From positions 14,428 to 78,427 of the forward strand of contig MHCP01000025.1 in the NCBI GenBank assembly GCA_001816655.1: a stretch of DNA of 64,000 nucleotides, in the 5' to 3' direction. Below the pieces are notes generated by a model, which was not told the origin of the DNA, did not search any database, and saw nothing but the letters and a program-made list of their open reading frames with translations. Source of the stretch: Candidatus Woykebacteria bacterium RBG_13_40_15 (GTDB lineage: Bacteria > Patescibacteriota > Microgenomatia > Woykebacterales > RBG-16-39-9b). Numbering within the stretch: position 1 is the stretch's first letter; each line of letters starts with the position of its first letter. The translations under genes and the position numbers were made by a program. This document shows, one piece after another, positions 30,456 to 38,079 of the stretch.

Positions 30456-31059
30456 TTTTAAAGAAAAAGGACAGATTTTGCTTGAAGTTGTTGTTACCCT
30501 GCTCGTAGCAATGGTAATTATTGGATCCATTGTTTCTTTGGTGAATAAGTCAAACCAGCGGGCGACGCTTTCCCGCCAGTCGGAACAGGCGACAAGACTA
30601 GCGCAAGAGGGGATGGAAATTGTTAGAAATATCAAAGGAGATACTTCTAATGGTTTAGTAAGAGTTGGAGATAATGCGGTGGCAGGGGTGCCTTGCGGTT
30701 TAATTGGGCCGCCGACGTACTGCTCTTTTAATGATTTATACTCTACGACTCAAGGTACTATAAACGCGTTTTTGACCAATCATGGTTACAGTGCCGGCTC
30801 TAGTTGCCCAGCGTCACCTTCGGCATGGTGCTTGGTTAATACGCAGCCGGACGGAGAGAAAGCGCTTTCTAACATTTTCAATCGCTCAATTGAAATATGG
30901 GATGATCCACCCATCGGTTCTCCAATTTGCGGAGATATTCCAAGCGATCCAACTTTGAACTCAGGGCCCCAAGCAATTAAGCGGGTAACTGTTACCGTCT
31001 CTTGGGACTCTCCGATTGGTCATCAGGAAAGGAAGGTAGTAAGTTGTTTAGGTCTATAA
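30436..31059 (+). CDS. minor pilin / pseudopilin (PilV/FimT-like)
   Basis: KEKG|QILLEVVVTLLVAMVIIG (Glu+5 present). Overlaps the upstream pilin gene by 20 nt. Confidence 0.55.
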   Translation: MKNKRCSFKEKGQILLEVVVTLLVAMVIIGSIVSLVNKSNQRATLSRQSEQATRLAQEGMEIVRNIKGDTSNGLVRVGDNAVAGVPCGLIGPPTYCSFNDLYSTTQGTINAFLTNHGYSAGSSCPASPSAWCLVNTQPDGEKALSNIFNRSIEIWDDPPIGSPICGDIPSDPTLNSGPQAIKRVTVTVSWDSPIGHQERKVVSCLGL

Positions 31060-31565
31060 AAATAGGGCAAAAAAGTAATAGCAGGGGCTTTACTCTTATT
31101 GAACTTTTGGTGGTTACAGTTGTGGTAGGCATCTTAGGAGCAATAAGTTCTGTGATAGTTTTGTCTGTGCTTCGCTCTCAGAATAAAACTGCAATTACCA
31201 ATGAAGTTACTCAAAATGGAGATAATATTATAAATGTGTTTGAAAGGGATGTTAAATTTTCGTCTTCTGCTGATGACAAATCAACAGACTCGGTTACCTT
31301 GATGGGTAAAAAGAATATAGTTTGGAGTTGTGGTGGTACAAATATTACTCGTGATTTGGGCGACGGCAGTGGGCCAAAGAGTGTGACTAGTATTTCTGTA
31401 GCTGTTAAGAGTGGTACATGTAGGTTTAATATTTCAGGAAGTAACAGCGATCTAGTAGAGTTTAATTTTACCTTGACTCAAAGTTCTAGTGCGCCGAGCA
31501 AAAGTGAATTCAGCATTGAAGTGCCTTTTGGAACAAAAGTTGGTTTAAGAAGCTATGGAAAGTAG
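31002..31565 (+). CDS. minor pilin (prepilin-type N-terminal domain)
   Basis: NSRG|FTLIELLVVTVVVGIL. The annotated ATG overlaps the previous gene by 58 nt; an in-frame TTG at 31044 is an alternative start. Confidence 0.6.
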   Translation: MGLSDWSSGKEGSKLFRSIKIGQKSNSRGFTLIELLVVTVVVGILGAISSVIVLSVLRSQNKTAITNEVTQNGDNIINVFERDVKFSSSADDKSTDSVTLMGKKNIVWSCGGTNITRDLGDGSGPKSVTSISVAVKSGTCRFNISGSNSDLVEFNFTLTQSSSAPSKSEFSIEVPFGTKVGLRSYGK

Positions 31566-31595
31566 TGGGTAGCCTTAAATTTAGAAGGCTTTTAC

Positions 31596-32594
31596 TTGAC
31601 TAGCTTAAAATTTGTATTTAAGATTAAATTAAGGGAAAAAATGATTCTGCCGAAAAGAAGCAAGCGGGAAAAAGGGCAAATATTAATAATCTTCCTTCTG
31701 ATTTTGGTTGTTACTTTGGCTATTGTCCTTTCTATCGCCTCCAGAACTGTTATGGATGTTCGTATGACCTCAACCAGCGATGAAAGCAACCGTGCTTACT
31801 TTGCTGCGGAGGCTGGAGTTGAAGAAGCCCTGAAGCAGTTGGAAGCAGGAGTAGCTATAAGTGCCCACCCAATAAACTTAGATTTTGGAAAGTTGAATAA
31901 TACAAAAGGTTTGGTACAAGAAGTTGGTCTGGGTGGGGAGCAAAATTTTATTTACCCTGGAAACCTGAAAAAGGATGAGGTAGCCCAGTTTAATTTGTTA
32001 AGTATTCCCGATAATCCAGCACCAGCACCCCCAGAAGAGCCTAGTCCGATTGGTAGTAGTTTAACTTTCCATTGGGGCTCTTCGGATACCAGAGCAGACG
32101 ACGCTGGAGCAGGCCCTGATACTTGGAAAACAGCGGCAATTGAAGTAACAATTATTTATTGCAACCCTTGTGTTGCACCACCTGGCACCTCTACCTTTCG
32201 ACTTAAAAAAGTAGCTTTTGATCCAATTGATCGGGGTAATAATTTTAGCCCCCTTAACCCACCTTTTGGCACTGTTGGCAGGCAGACTATATCGGATAGT
32301 AGATCTGAAAAGGATTTTTACTTTCATGCAAATGTAGATGTTACAGCCTTGATTGGCTCATACCCAGCTAATACCCCAGTGTTAGCTAGAGTAAGATTTC
32401 TTTATAACAACATAGACTCACCGATAGCAGTTACGGCAGCAGGGACAATACCCACGGAAGGGTCTTTAATTGAATCGATAGGACAAACTTCATCGGGTGT
32501 GACGAGAAGGCTGCAAGCAGTTCGTCTCTACCCTCCCCCGCTTCCGATCCCGTTTGATTACGTCCTTTTCAGTAAGGGAGATATCATCAAATAG
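31596..32594 (+). CDS. PilX N-terminal domain protein (pilus-tip/minor pilin-associated)
   Basis: REKG|QILIIFLLILVVTLAIVLSIA....RAYFAAEAGVEEAL matches the PilX_N pattern. The start is possibly the internal MILPKRS at 31641. Confidence 0.6.
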   Translation: MTSLKFVFKIKLREKMILPKRSKREKGQILIIFLLILVVTLAIVLSIASRTVMDVRMTSTSDESNRAYFAAEAGVEEALKQLEAGVAISAHPINLDFGKLNNTKGLVQEVGLGGEQNFIYPGNLKKDEVAQFNLLSIPDNPAPAPPEEPSPIGSSLTFHWGSSDTRADDAGAGPDTWKTAAIEVTIIYCNPCVAPPGTSTFRLKKVAFDPIDRGNNFSPLNPPFGTVGRQTISDSRSEKDFYFHANVDVTALIGSYPANTPVLARVRFLYNNIDSPIAVTAAGTIPTEGSLIESIGQTSSGVTRRLQAVRLYPPPLPIPFDYVLFSKGDIIK

Positions 32595-32664
32595 TTATTG
32601 ATGGCTCTAATATAGGGATTGCCAGATTTAAACCCTTTGTGATACGATAAAAACAATAAGTCTT

Positions 32665-33699
32665 ATGCCTGCCTTAGATCATATTGGTTTAGACATTGGT
32701 ACCCATAGCATAAAAGCAGTTCAACTTTCAGGTTCTTTTAATGGACCTGTTTTTGTTGCCGCAGGCCAAATCCAAGCTCCACAGATAAGTGGCGACCCAA
32801 ACAGTAACGAATCAATTGATAAAATTGCTGATGCGATCAAAAAGCTTCGTAGCGAAGTACGTATAACTAAGGATAAAGCAAATACCGCCCTACCAGAGTC
32901 GCAAATATTTACGAGAGTTGTTGAAATGCCGCTTCTTAGTCAAAAAGAAATGCAAAATGCAATAGTTTGGGAGGCTGAGCAGTACGTTCCGGTTCCAATG
33001 ACCGAAGTAAAGCTTGACTGGCAAGTACTTGGTGAAGCAAATCCGCAAGGGAGAGTTGAGGTACTTTTGGTTGCGGCTCCAATCGCGCTTGTAAATAGGT
33101 ATTTAGCAATTTTGAAAAAAGCAGATCTAGTTCCAATGGGTCTTGAGACGGAAATTACTTCTGTAGCCCGCGCCCTAGTACAAAGAGTAAGTGGGGCACC
33201 GACTACGATGGTAGTAAGTATTGGCGCCTCTACGACCGATTTAAGTATTATTCGGTCGGGGAAAATTAGCCTTACCCGATCAATAGCTACAGGAGGTATC
33301 GCGCTTGCACGGGGTGTTGCACAGGAACTTGGATTTGAATTGGATCAAGCAACTGAGTATATGAAAACTTATGGTTTAGACCCAAATTCTCTTGAGGGGA
33401 AAGTTATGCAGGCGATAAAACCCATATTTGATGTAATAGTTAATGAAATACGTCGGGTTTTGGCGTATTATTTAAGTAAGCACCCAGATGCACCGGTGAA
33501 AAGAATCATTGTTACTGGAGGAACTGCAAAGTTACCGGGATTGGTGATTTATTTAGCGGAAGCTTTAGGTTTGGAGGTGCAAGTTGGAAATCCATGGGAA
33601 GGTATTTCCTTACCTTCAAACTTTTCGCAAAAACTTAACGAGGAAGCAACATCATATGCGGTTGCAGTTGGACTAGCTTTGAAACAGGCAGGAGGGTAG
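32665..33699 (+). CDS. pilM: type IV pilus assembly protein PilM (actin-like ATPase fold)
   Basis: LDIGTHSIKAVQL...VVSIGASTTDLSII...IIVTGGTAKLPGL shows the Hsp70/actin-fold phosphate motifs typical of PilM. Confidence 0.8.
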   Translation: MPALDHIGLDIGTHSIKAVQLSGSFNGPVFVAAGQIQAPQISGDPNSNESIDKIADAIKKLRSEVRITKDKANTALPESQIFTRVVEMPLLSQKEMQNAIVWEAEQYVPVPMTEVKLDWQVLGEANPQGRVEVLLVAAPIALVNRYLAILKKADLVPMGLETEITSVARALVQRVSGAPTTMVVSIGASTTDLSIIRSGKISLTRSIATGGIALARGVAQELGFELDQATEYMKTYGLDPNSLEGKVMQAIKPIFDVIVNEIRRVLAYYLSKHPDAPVKRIIVTGGTAKLPGLVIYLAEALGLEVQVGNPWEGISLPSNFSQKLNEEATSYAVAVGLALKQAGG

Positions 33700-33701
33700 A
33701 A

Positions 33702-34271
33702 ATGGCGGATATAAACCTTGTACCAGAAGTTGCGAGAAAAGAAATAAAAAAAACCGTAAGTCGTCAGCAAACTGCAAATAAAGCTGCTCTTATAGCTATA
33801 TTGGTTGCCGGTCTTATACTTACGGCGTTCTTTCTATACTGGTTATTTATTGTGGCTTCATCTAAGCTAGTATCGATGGATACTGAGAGATCGGAGGGAA
33901 AGGTGCTAGAACAAAGCAGAAAAGAAATTACCCATAGGGCTTTGGTTCAAAAAATAGACGAAGCCTCTAAATTTCTTAGTTTAGTAAAGCCGTATTCAAT
34001 CAGTTTTGATGAACTGATGATCTTGTTGAATGACTCTAAATCTACCTTGAAAATTGCTGAGGTTGGAGACGAAGGAAAATTTAAAATAAATGGTACAATC
34101 CACAATTCGTCAGATTTCGAAAGTTTAGTAGAGGCTTTGAGCGAGTCAGAGTCTTTTAGTGATTCTGTTCTAGTTACCTTAGATGGTGTTAAAGATAAGC
34201 CGTATGCTTTTGATATTGAAATGAAATTTTTAAAAAAGGGATTGCCAGAGGCAACATCCTCTGCTAACTAA
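33702..34271 (+). CDS. pilN: PilN-like bitopic pilus alignment protein
   Basis: Short cytoplasmic N-terminus, single TM helix (LIAILVAGLILTAFFLYWLFIV), coiled-coil periplasmic region. Position immediately after pilM. Confidence 0.55.
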   Translation: MADINLVPEVARKEIKKTVSRQQTANKAALIAILVAGLILTAFFLYWLFIVASSKLVSMDTERSEGKVLEQSRKEITHRALVQKIDEASKFLSLVKPYSISFDELMILLNDSKSTLKIAEVGDEGKFKINGTIHNSSDFESLVEALSESESFSDSVLVTLDGVKDKPYAFDIEMKFLKKGLPEATSSAN

Positions 34272-34273
34272 AT

Positions 34274-35023
34274 ATGGGAAAACTTGATAATTTTGATTTC
34301 TCAAAAATTAAAGCCTATGCAATCCCCCTCGCTATTATTCTAGCTGTTGTTTTACTTGTACCTATCTTTTTTGTTCCACAGATAACAAGATTTAGAGAGA
34401 TGAACCTGGAGCTAAAAAAATCACAACAAAGACTAGCGATTTTAAAACAAAAAATTGTTGACCTTGGTAAGATAAATGAGAACGAGGAAAGTTTACAATT
34501 ACTTGAGGCAGAAAAGATTGTTCCTAGTGACAAGAAAGTTCCGTATCTTCTAATGGGCGTAAACCGAATTGCTAATGAGGCAGGTTTGTTTGTTTCAGAA
34601 ATGGAACTTAATCCTGGAAAGGTGGCAACTGAGAGTGCAAAGGCGGCGACAGCGAGCGCATCTAAAAGTGTTACTGAAGGCTCTCAAGCAAATAAATTAC
34701 CAAAAGATAAAGTTGTATTTCGGCTGCAACTTAAAGGCGATTTGCAAAAATTCAAAAATTTTCTCGCTACGCTTGAAAAATCCAAACGCCTGTTAGGTAT
34801 AGATAGCATTAAGGCAGAAGTCAATGGTGATACATACACCTATAATCTAAATATATATACACCATTTAAAACATTAGAAAGTAGTGGAGATATAGTTGCC
34901 GAGCCACTGCCAGTTTTTACTTCCAGGCATCAATCAATTTTTAATATGCTTGCAGGCTTTACTGACTATATGGAAGAAGTAATTAACGAGGGGACTACTG
35001 GTAATAAAGATCCTTTCAAATGA
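34274..35023 (+). CDS. pilO: PilO-like bitopic pilus alignment protein
   Basis: Single TM helix, then coiled coil (LELKKSQQRLAILKQKIVDLG) and a ferredoxin-like C-terminal region. Gene order pilM-N-O. Confidence 0.5.
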   Translation: MGKLDNFDFSKIKAYAIPLAIILAVVLLVPIFFVPQITRFREMNLELKKSQQRLAILKQKIVDLGKINENEESLQLLEAEKIVPSDKKVPYLLMGVNRIANEAGLFVSEMELNPGKVATESAKAATASASKSVTEGSQANKLPKDKVVFRLQLKGDLQKFKNFLATLEKSKRLLGIDSIKAEVNGDTYTYNLNIYTPFKTLESSGDIVAEPLPVFTSRHQSIFNMLAGFTDYMEEVINEGTTGNKDPFK

Positions 35024-35142
35024 ACTACCATGGGCTTACACCCATGGTATCCTGAAGGCTTCGCCTTCGGCAAGTACGTAATTGTTCAATTCACTGAACG
35101 GGTAAAAACCAGTGGTACTCTTGAACAATTATAGATTGGTTA

Positions 35143-35853
35143 CTATCTTAGGAGGTCTGGCCTTTCCTTTGCTGTTTTTTCTATAGCTTTATTTTTTCTC
35201 CACAAATCAATCTTTTTATGGTTTCCTGACAACAGGACTTTCGGTACTTTTCTTTCTTCAAAATCTTCAGGTCTTGTATAAACAGGATAATCAAGCAAAG
35301 GAGTCTGTTTACCGTCCACAGGTACTTTAGAAAAAGACTCCCTAATGCTTGATTCCTCTTTTCCTAAAAAACCGGGGACAAGACGTGTGATAGTATCGAT
35401 TAATACTAAGGCGGCAGTTTCTCCACCACTCAAAATATAATCTCCTATCGAAATTTCTTCGTCCGCATAAATTTTCTTGAATCGTTCGTCGATTCCTTCA
35501 TAGTGACCGCAAATCAAAATGAGCCGGTCTTTTCGAGAAAGTTGCAATGCTCTTTCTTGGGTGTATTTTGTTCCTGCTGGATCGAGTACAATAACGTAAG
35601 GCACGTCCTTAGTTTTGCTAACGATAGCTCTTAGGCAAGATGCCAAAACATCTGGCTTTAAGACCATTCCAGGACCACCACCAAAAGGACGATCATCAAC
35701 CTGCTTGTTTTTTCCTACTCCCCAGTCCCGTAAATTGTAAGTGTTGATTTTTACTAAATTTTTATCAAGAGCCTTCTTCAATAAACTTGTCTGCAGGGGA
35801 GTTTCAAAAAAGTCTGGGAAAAGTGTGATAAGTTCAAACGTTATCTTTGGCAT
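35143..35853 (-). CDS. trmD: tRNA (guanine37-N1)-methyltransferase
   Basis: ELITLFPDFFE...DDRPFGGGPGMVLKPD...ICGHYEGIDER is the SPOUT TrmD signature. Confidence 0.9.
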   Translation of the reverse strand: MPKITFELITLFPDFFETPLQTSLLKKALDKNLVKINTYNLRDWGVGKNKQVDDRPFGGGPGMVLKPDVLASCLRAIVSKTKDVPYVIVLDPAGTKYTQERALQLSRKDRLILICGHYEGIDERFKKIYADEEISIGDYILSGGETAALVLIDTITRLVPGFLGKEESSIRESFSKVPVDGKQTPLLDYPVYTRPEDFEERKVPKVLLSGNHKKIDLWRKNKAIEKTAKERPDLLR

Positions 35854-35864
35854 TTGGGATGGTT

Positions 35865-36110
35865 CTATTTGATAACCTCACCTTGGTTTAATTCAAGGAA
35901 AACTTTTTTATTGTCTTTTAGGGATCGGATTTTTACCAAGGATCGAATAGCCTTGATTATTTTGCCTTCTTTTCCAATTATTTTTCCCATGTCGACCGGA
36001 TCAACGGAAAGTTTTATGATTTCGACACCGTCCCGTTTTTCTTCAGTGGCTATTACGGCTTTCTCATTTTCTACGACACTTTTTGCCAGAAATTCAATTA
36101 GCTCTCTCAT
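35865..36110 (-). CDS. KH-domain RNA-binding protein (YlqC/UPF0109)
   Basis: DMGKIIGKEGKIIKAIRSLV carries a GXXG KH motif. Conserved position between rpsP and trmD. Confidence 0.8.
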   Translation of the reverse strand: MRELIEFLAKSVVENEKAVIATEEKRDGVEIIKLSVDPVDMGKIIGKEGKIIKAIRSLVKIRSLKDNKKVFLELNQGEVIK

Positions 36111-36336
36111 AACGTTTTACTAAATTTTTTACAGCAGCTGTTGCTTGAGCGCCAAAAACTATCCAATGTTGAAACCTTTCCTTTTTAAGTTCAGCCTTTG
36201 GAGGATCTACGTTCGGATCGAAACTTCCGATAATTTCAATAACGTTGCCGTCTCGCTTTGTCTTTTCCTCAGAGACAACAATACGATATTTTGGTTTGTT
36301 TTTTACACCAATTCGCTGCAAACGTATTTTTACCAT
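36094..36336 (-). CDS. rpsP: 30S ribosomal protein S16
   Basis: MVKIRLQRIGVKNKPKYRIVV... Confidence 0.9.
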   Translation of the reverse strand: MVKIRLQRIGVKNKPKYRIVVSEEKTKRDGNVIEIIGSFDPNVDPPKAELKKERFQHWIVFGAQATAAVKNLVKRYERAN

Positions 36337-36351
36337 AACAAATTCTGGATT

Positions 36352-37047
36352 CTAACTGACTTTGAGCCAATTTTCAAGAGCGACTTTAGCCGTTACTTGT
36401 TCGGCTTCTTGTTTGCTGTTGCCATCGCCTTCGGCTAATTTTTTTTGTCCCAAAAAAACTGCTGTCCTAAATATCTTTGCGTGATCTGGGCCTTTTTCCT
36501 CGATTACTTTGTATACAGGGGTAACACCGGATTTTTCTTGGGCTTTTTCCTGCAATTGGCTTTTAAAATCTTTATAGAGGTTTTGTTCAATTATCTCTTT
36601 CAAATTTGGTAGTAAATGTTTTTCTATAAATTTCTCAGCTACATTTATTCCCTGATCGAGAAAAATCGCTCCTATCAAAGCTTCGAATGTATTAGCTAAA
36701 ATGTATTGCCTTTCACGTCCACCTGTTGCTTCTTCGCCTCTTGACAGGTAGAGGAAGCTGCCTAGGTTTAGTTGTTTTGCAGCCCTCGAAAGCATTCTAG
36801 CGTTGACCAAGGAAGAGCGGAAATTGGTTAGATCTCCTTCCGGCTGTAGGGGATGTTCAATATAAAGATGCTTAGAAACTACTAAGCCAAGAACTGAATC
36901 TCCTAGAAACTCTAGTCTCTCGTTGTGTCCCAGGCTCTCGTCGGGGTGCTCATTTAGGTATGAACGATGAGTAAAAGCCATCTTCAATATATTTTTATCT
37001 TTAAAATCTAAATTTAATTTTTTCTCTAGTTTGGTTAAATCTTCCAT
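36352..37047 (-). CDS. rnc: ribonuclease III
   Basis: ERLEFLGDSVLGLVVS RNase III signature, plus a C-terminal dsRBD. Confidence 0.9.
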   Translation of the reverse strand: MEDLTKLEKKLNLDFKDKNILKMAFTHRSYLNEHPDESLGHNERLEFLGDSVLGLVVSKHLYIEHPLQPEGDLTNFRSSLVNARMLSRAAKQLNLGSFLYLSRGEEATGGRERQYILANTFEALIGAIFLDQGINVAEKFIEKHLLPNLKEIIEQNLYKDFKSQLQEKAQEKSGVTPVYKVIEEKGPDHAKIFRTAVFLGQKKLAEGDGNSKQEAEQVTAKVALENWLKVS

Positions 37048-37058
37048 ATTAGTTAGTT

Positions 37059-37304
37059 TTAAATGTCTCCCGTTTGTTCAGAAACAAAGTTAAAAATATC
37101 TTCAACAGTTGAAAACTTTATCGAAACTTCCTGTGGTATCTTTACCTCGAACTCGTTTTCAATTCCCACAATTAGGTCGCCAATAGCGATTGGGTCTGCG
37201 TTAAGATCATCCTTTAGATCCGAGGAGGGGTGAATATCATTTTCGTCAACTCCTAGGTTGATTGAAATCAGTTTTTTTAATTGGTCGTAAGTTTCTTCTT
37301 TCAT
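37059..37304 (-). CDS. acyl carrier protein homologue lacking the phosphopantetheine-attachment serine
   Basis: LGVDENDIHPSSDLKDDLNADPIAIGDLIVGIENEF aligns with ACP ...[21 protein letters not shown], but DSL is replaced by DPI. It sits in the canonical acpP position next to rnc. Confidence 0.7.
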   Translation of the reverse strand: MKEETYDQLKKLISINLGVDENDIHPSSDLKDDLNADPIAIGDLIVGIENEFEVKIPQEVSIKFSTVEDIFNFVSEQTGDI

Positions 37305-37315
37305 TTTTTACCTTC

Positions 37316-37768
37316 TTAGTTTACCTCGGGCATTAGTTGTTTGACTACTGTACCAAGCACCCCATTTACAAACTTTGATGAATTTTCTCCACCGAATTCT
37401 TTCGCAAGTTCAACAGCCTCATCAATAGCTACTTTGGGGGGTGAGTTACGGGCAATGTAAAGCTCAAATATAGCTATTCTTAATATTTCAAGATCTACTT
37501 TTGCAATTTGAGAGATGGGCCACTCTGACGCACAGCTTTCAATTATTTTGTCAATTGTATCAAGGTTTTCAGTTGAACCTTTTATTAAAAAATTGGCAAG
37601 ATCACTGTCAACTTCGGGTGCTGCTTCTTTACTTTGGTTCTGTAAGGCCAAATCCTCTAGATTTCGTCTTATAATTTCTTTGATATCTATTGAGTTAAAA
37701 CTCCACTCAAATAATGATTGTAGTGCTAAGATTCTAGCTTGATGGCGTGGGTCATGCTTAGCTTTCAT
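37316..37768 (-). CDS. nusB: transcription antitermination factor NusB
   Basis: RHQARILALQSLFEW... is NusB family. Overlaps the rpmF stop. Confidence 0.8.
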   Translation of the reverse strand: MKAKHDPRHQARILALQSLFEWSFNSIDIKEIIRRNLEDLALQNQSKEAAPEVDSDLANFLIKGSTENLDTIDKIIESCASEWPISQIAKVDLEILRIAIFELYIARNSPPKVAIDEAVELAKEFGGENSSKFVNGVLGTVVKQLMPEVN

Positions 37769-37994
37769 CCGTCTTCCCTTCCTCCTTCTTATTTACTTTC
37801 GTAACTTTTACCTCTTCCTTTGGTTTGAAAATAGTCAATTTATTATAAGTGCCACAATATGGGCACATTACGTGTGGGGTAATTAACTTTCCGCAATTTT
37901 GACATTTAACAAGGTTCGGAAATTTATAAAGCTTAGTAGCAAGCCTCTTTCTACCCCTTGATTTTGAGATTTTTTTCTTTGGTAATGGAGTCAT
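37758..37994 (-). CDS. rpmF: 50S ribosomal protein L32 (with C-terminal Lys-rich extension)
   Basis: PKKKISKSRGRKR...CQNCGK...CPYCGTY is the L32 zinc-ribbon. Confidence 0.85.
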   Translation of the reverse strand: MTPLPKKKISKSRGRKRLATKLYKFPNLVKCQNCGKLITPHVMCPYCGTYNKLTIFKPKEEVKVTKVNKKEEGKTDES

Positions 37995-38079
37995 ACTGTT
38001 GAATTATATCTTGCTAAAGAAAAAAGACGCAAGATGTAATCCGCAAGGATTATAAAAGCGCTCAAAGCGGCTGTCAATT

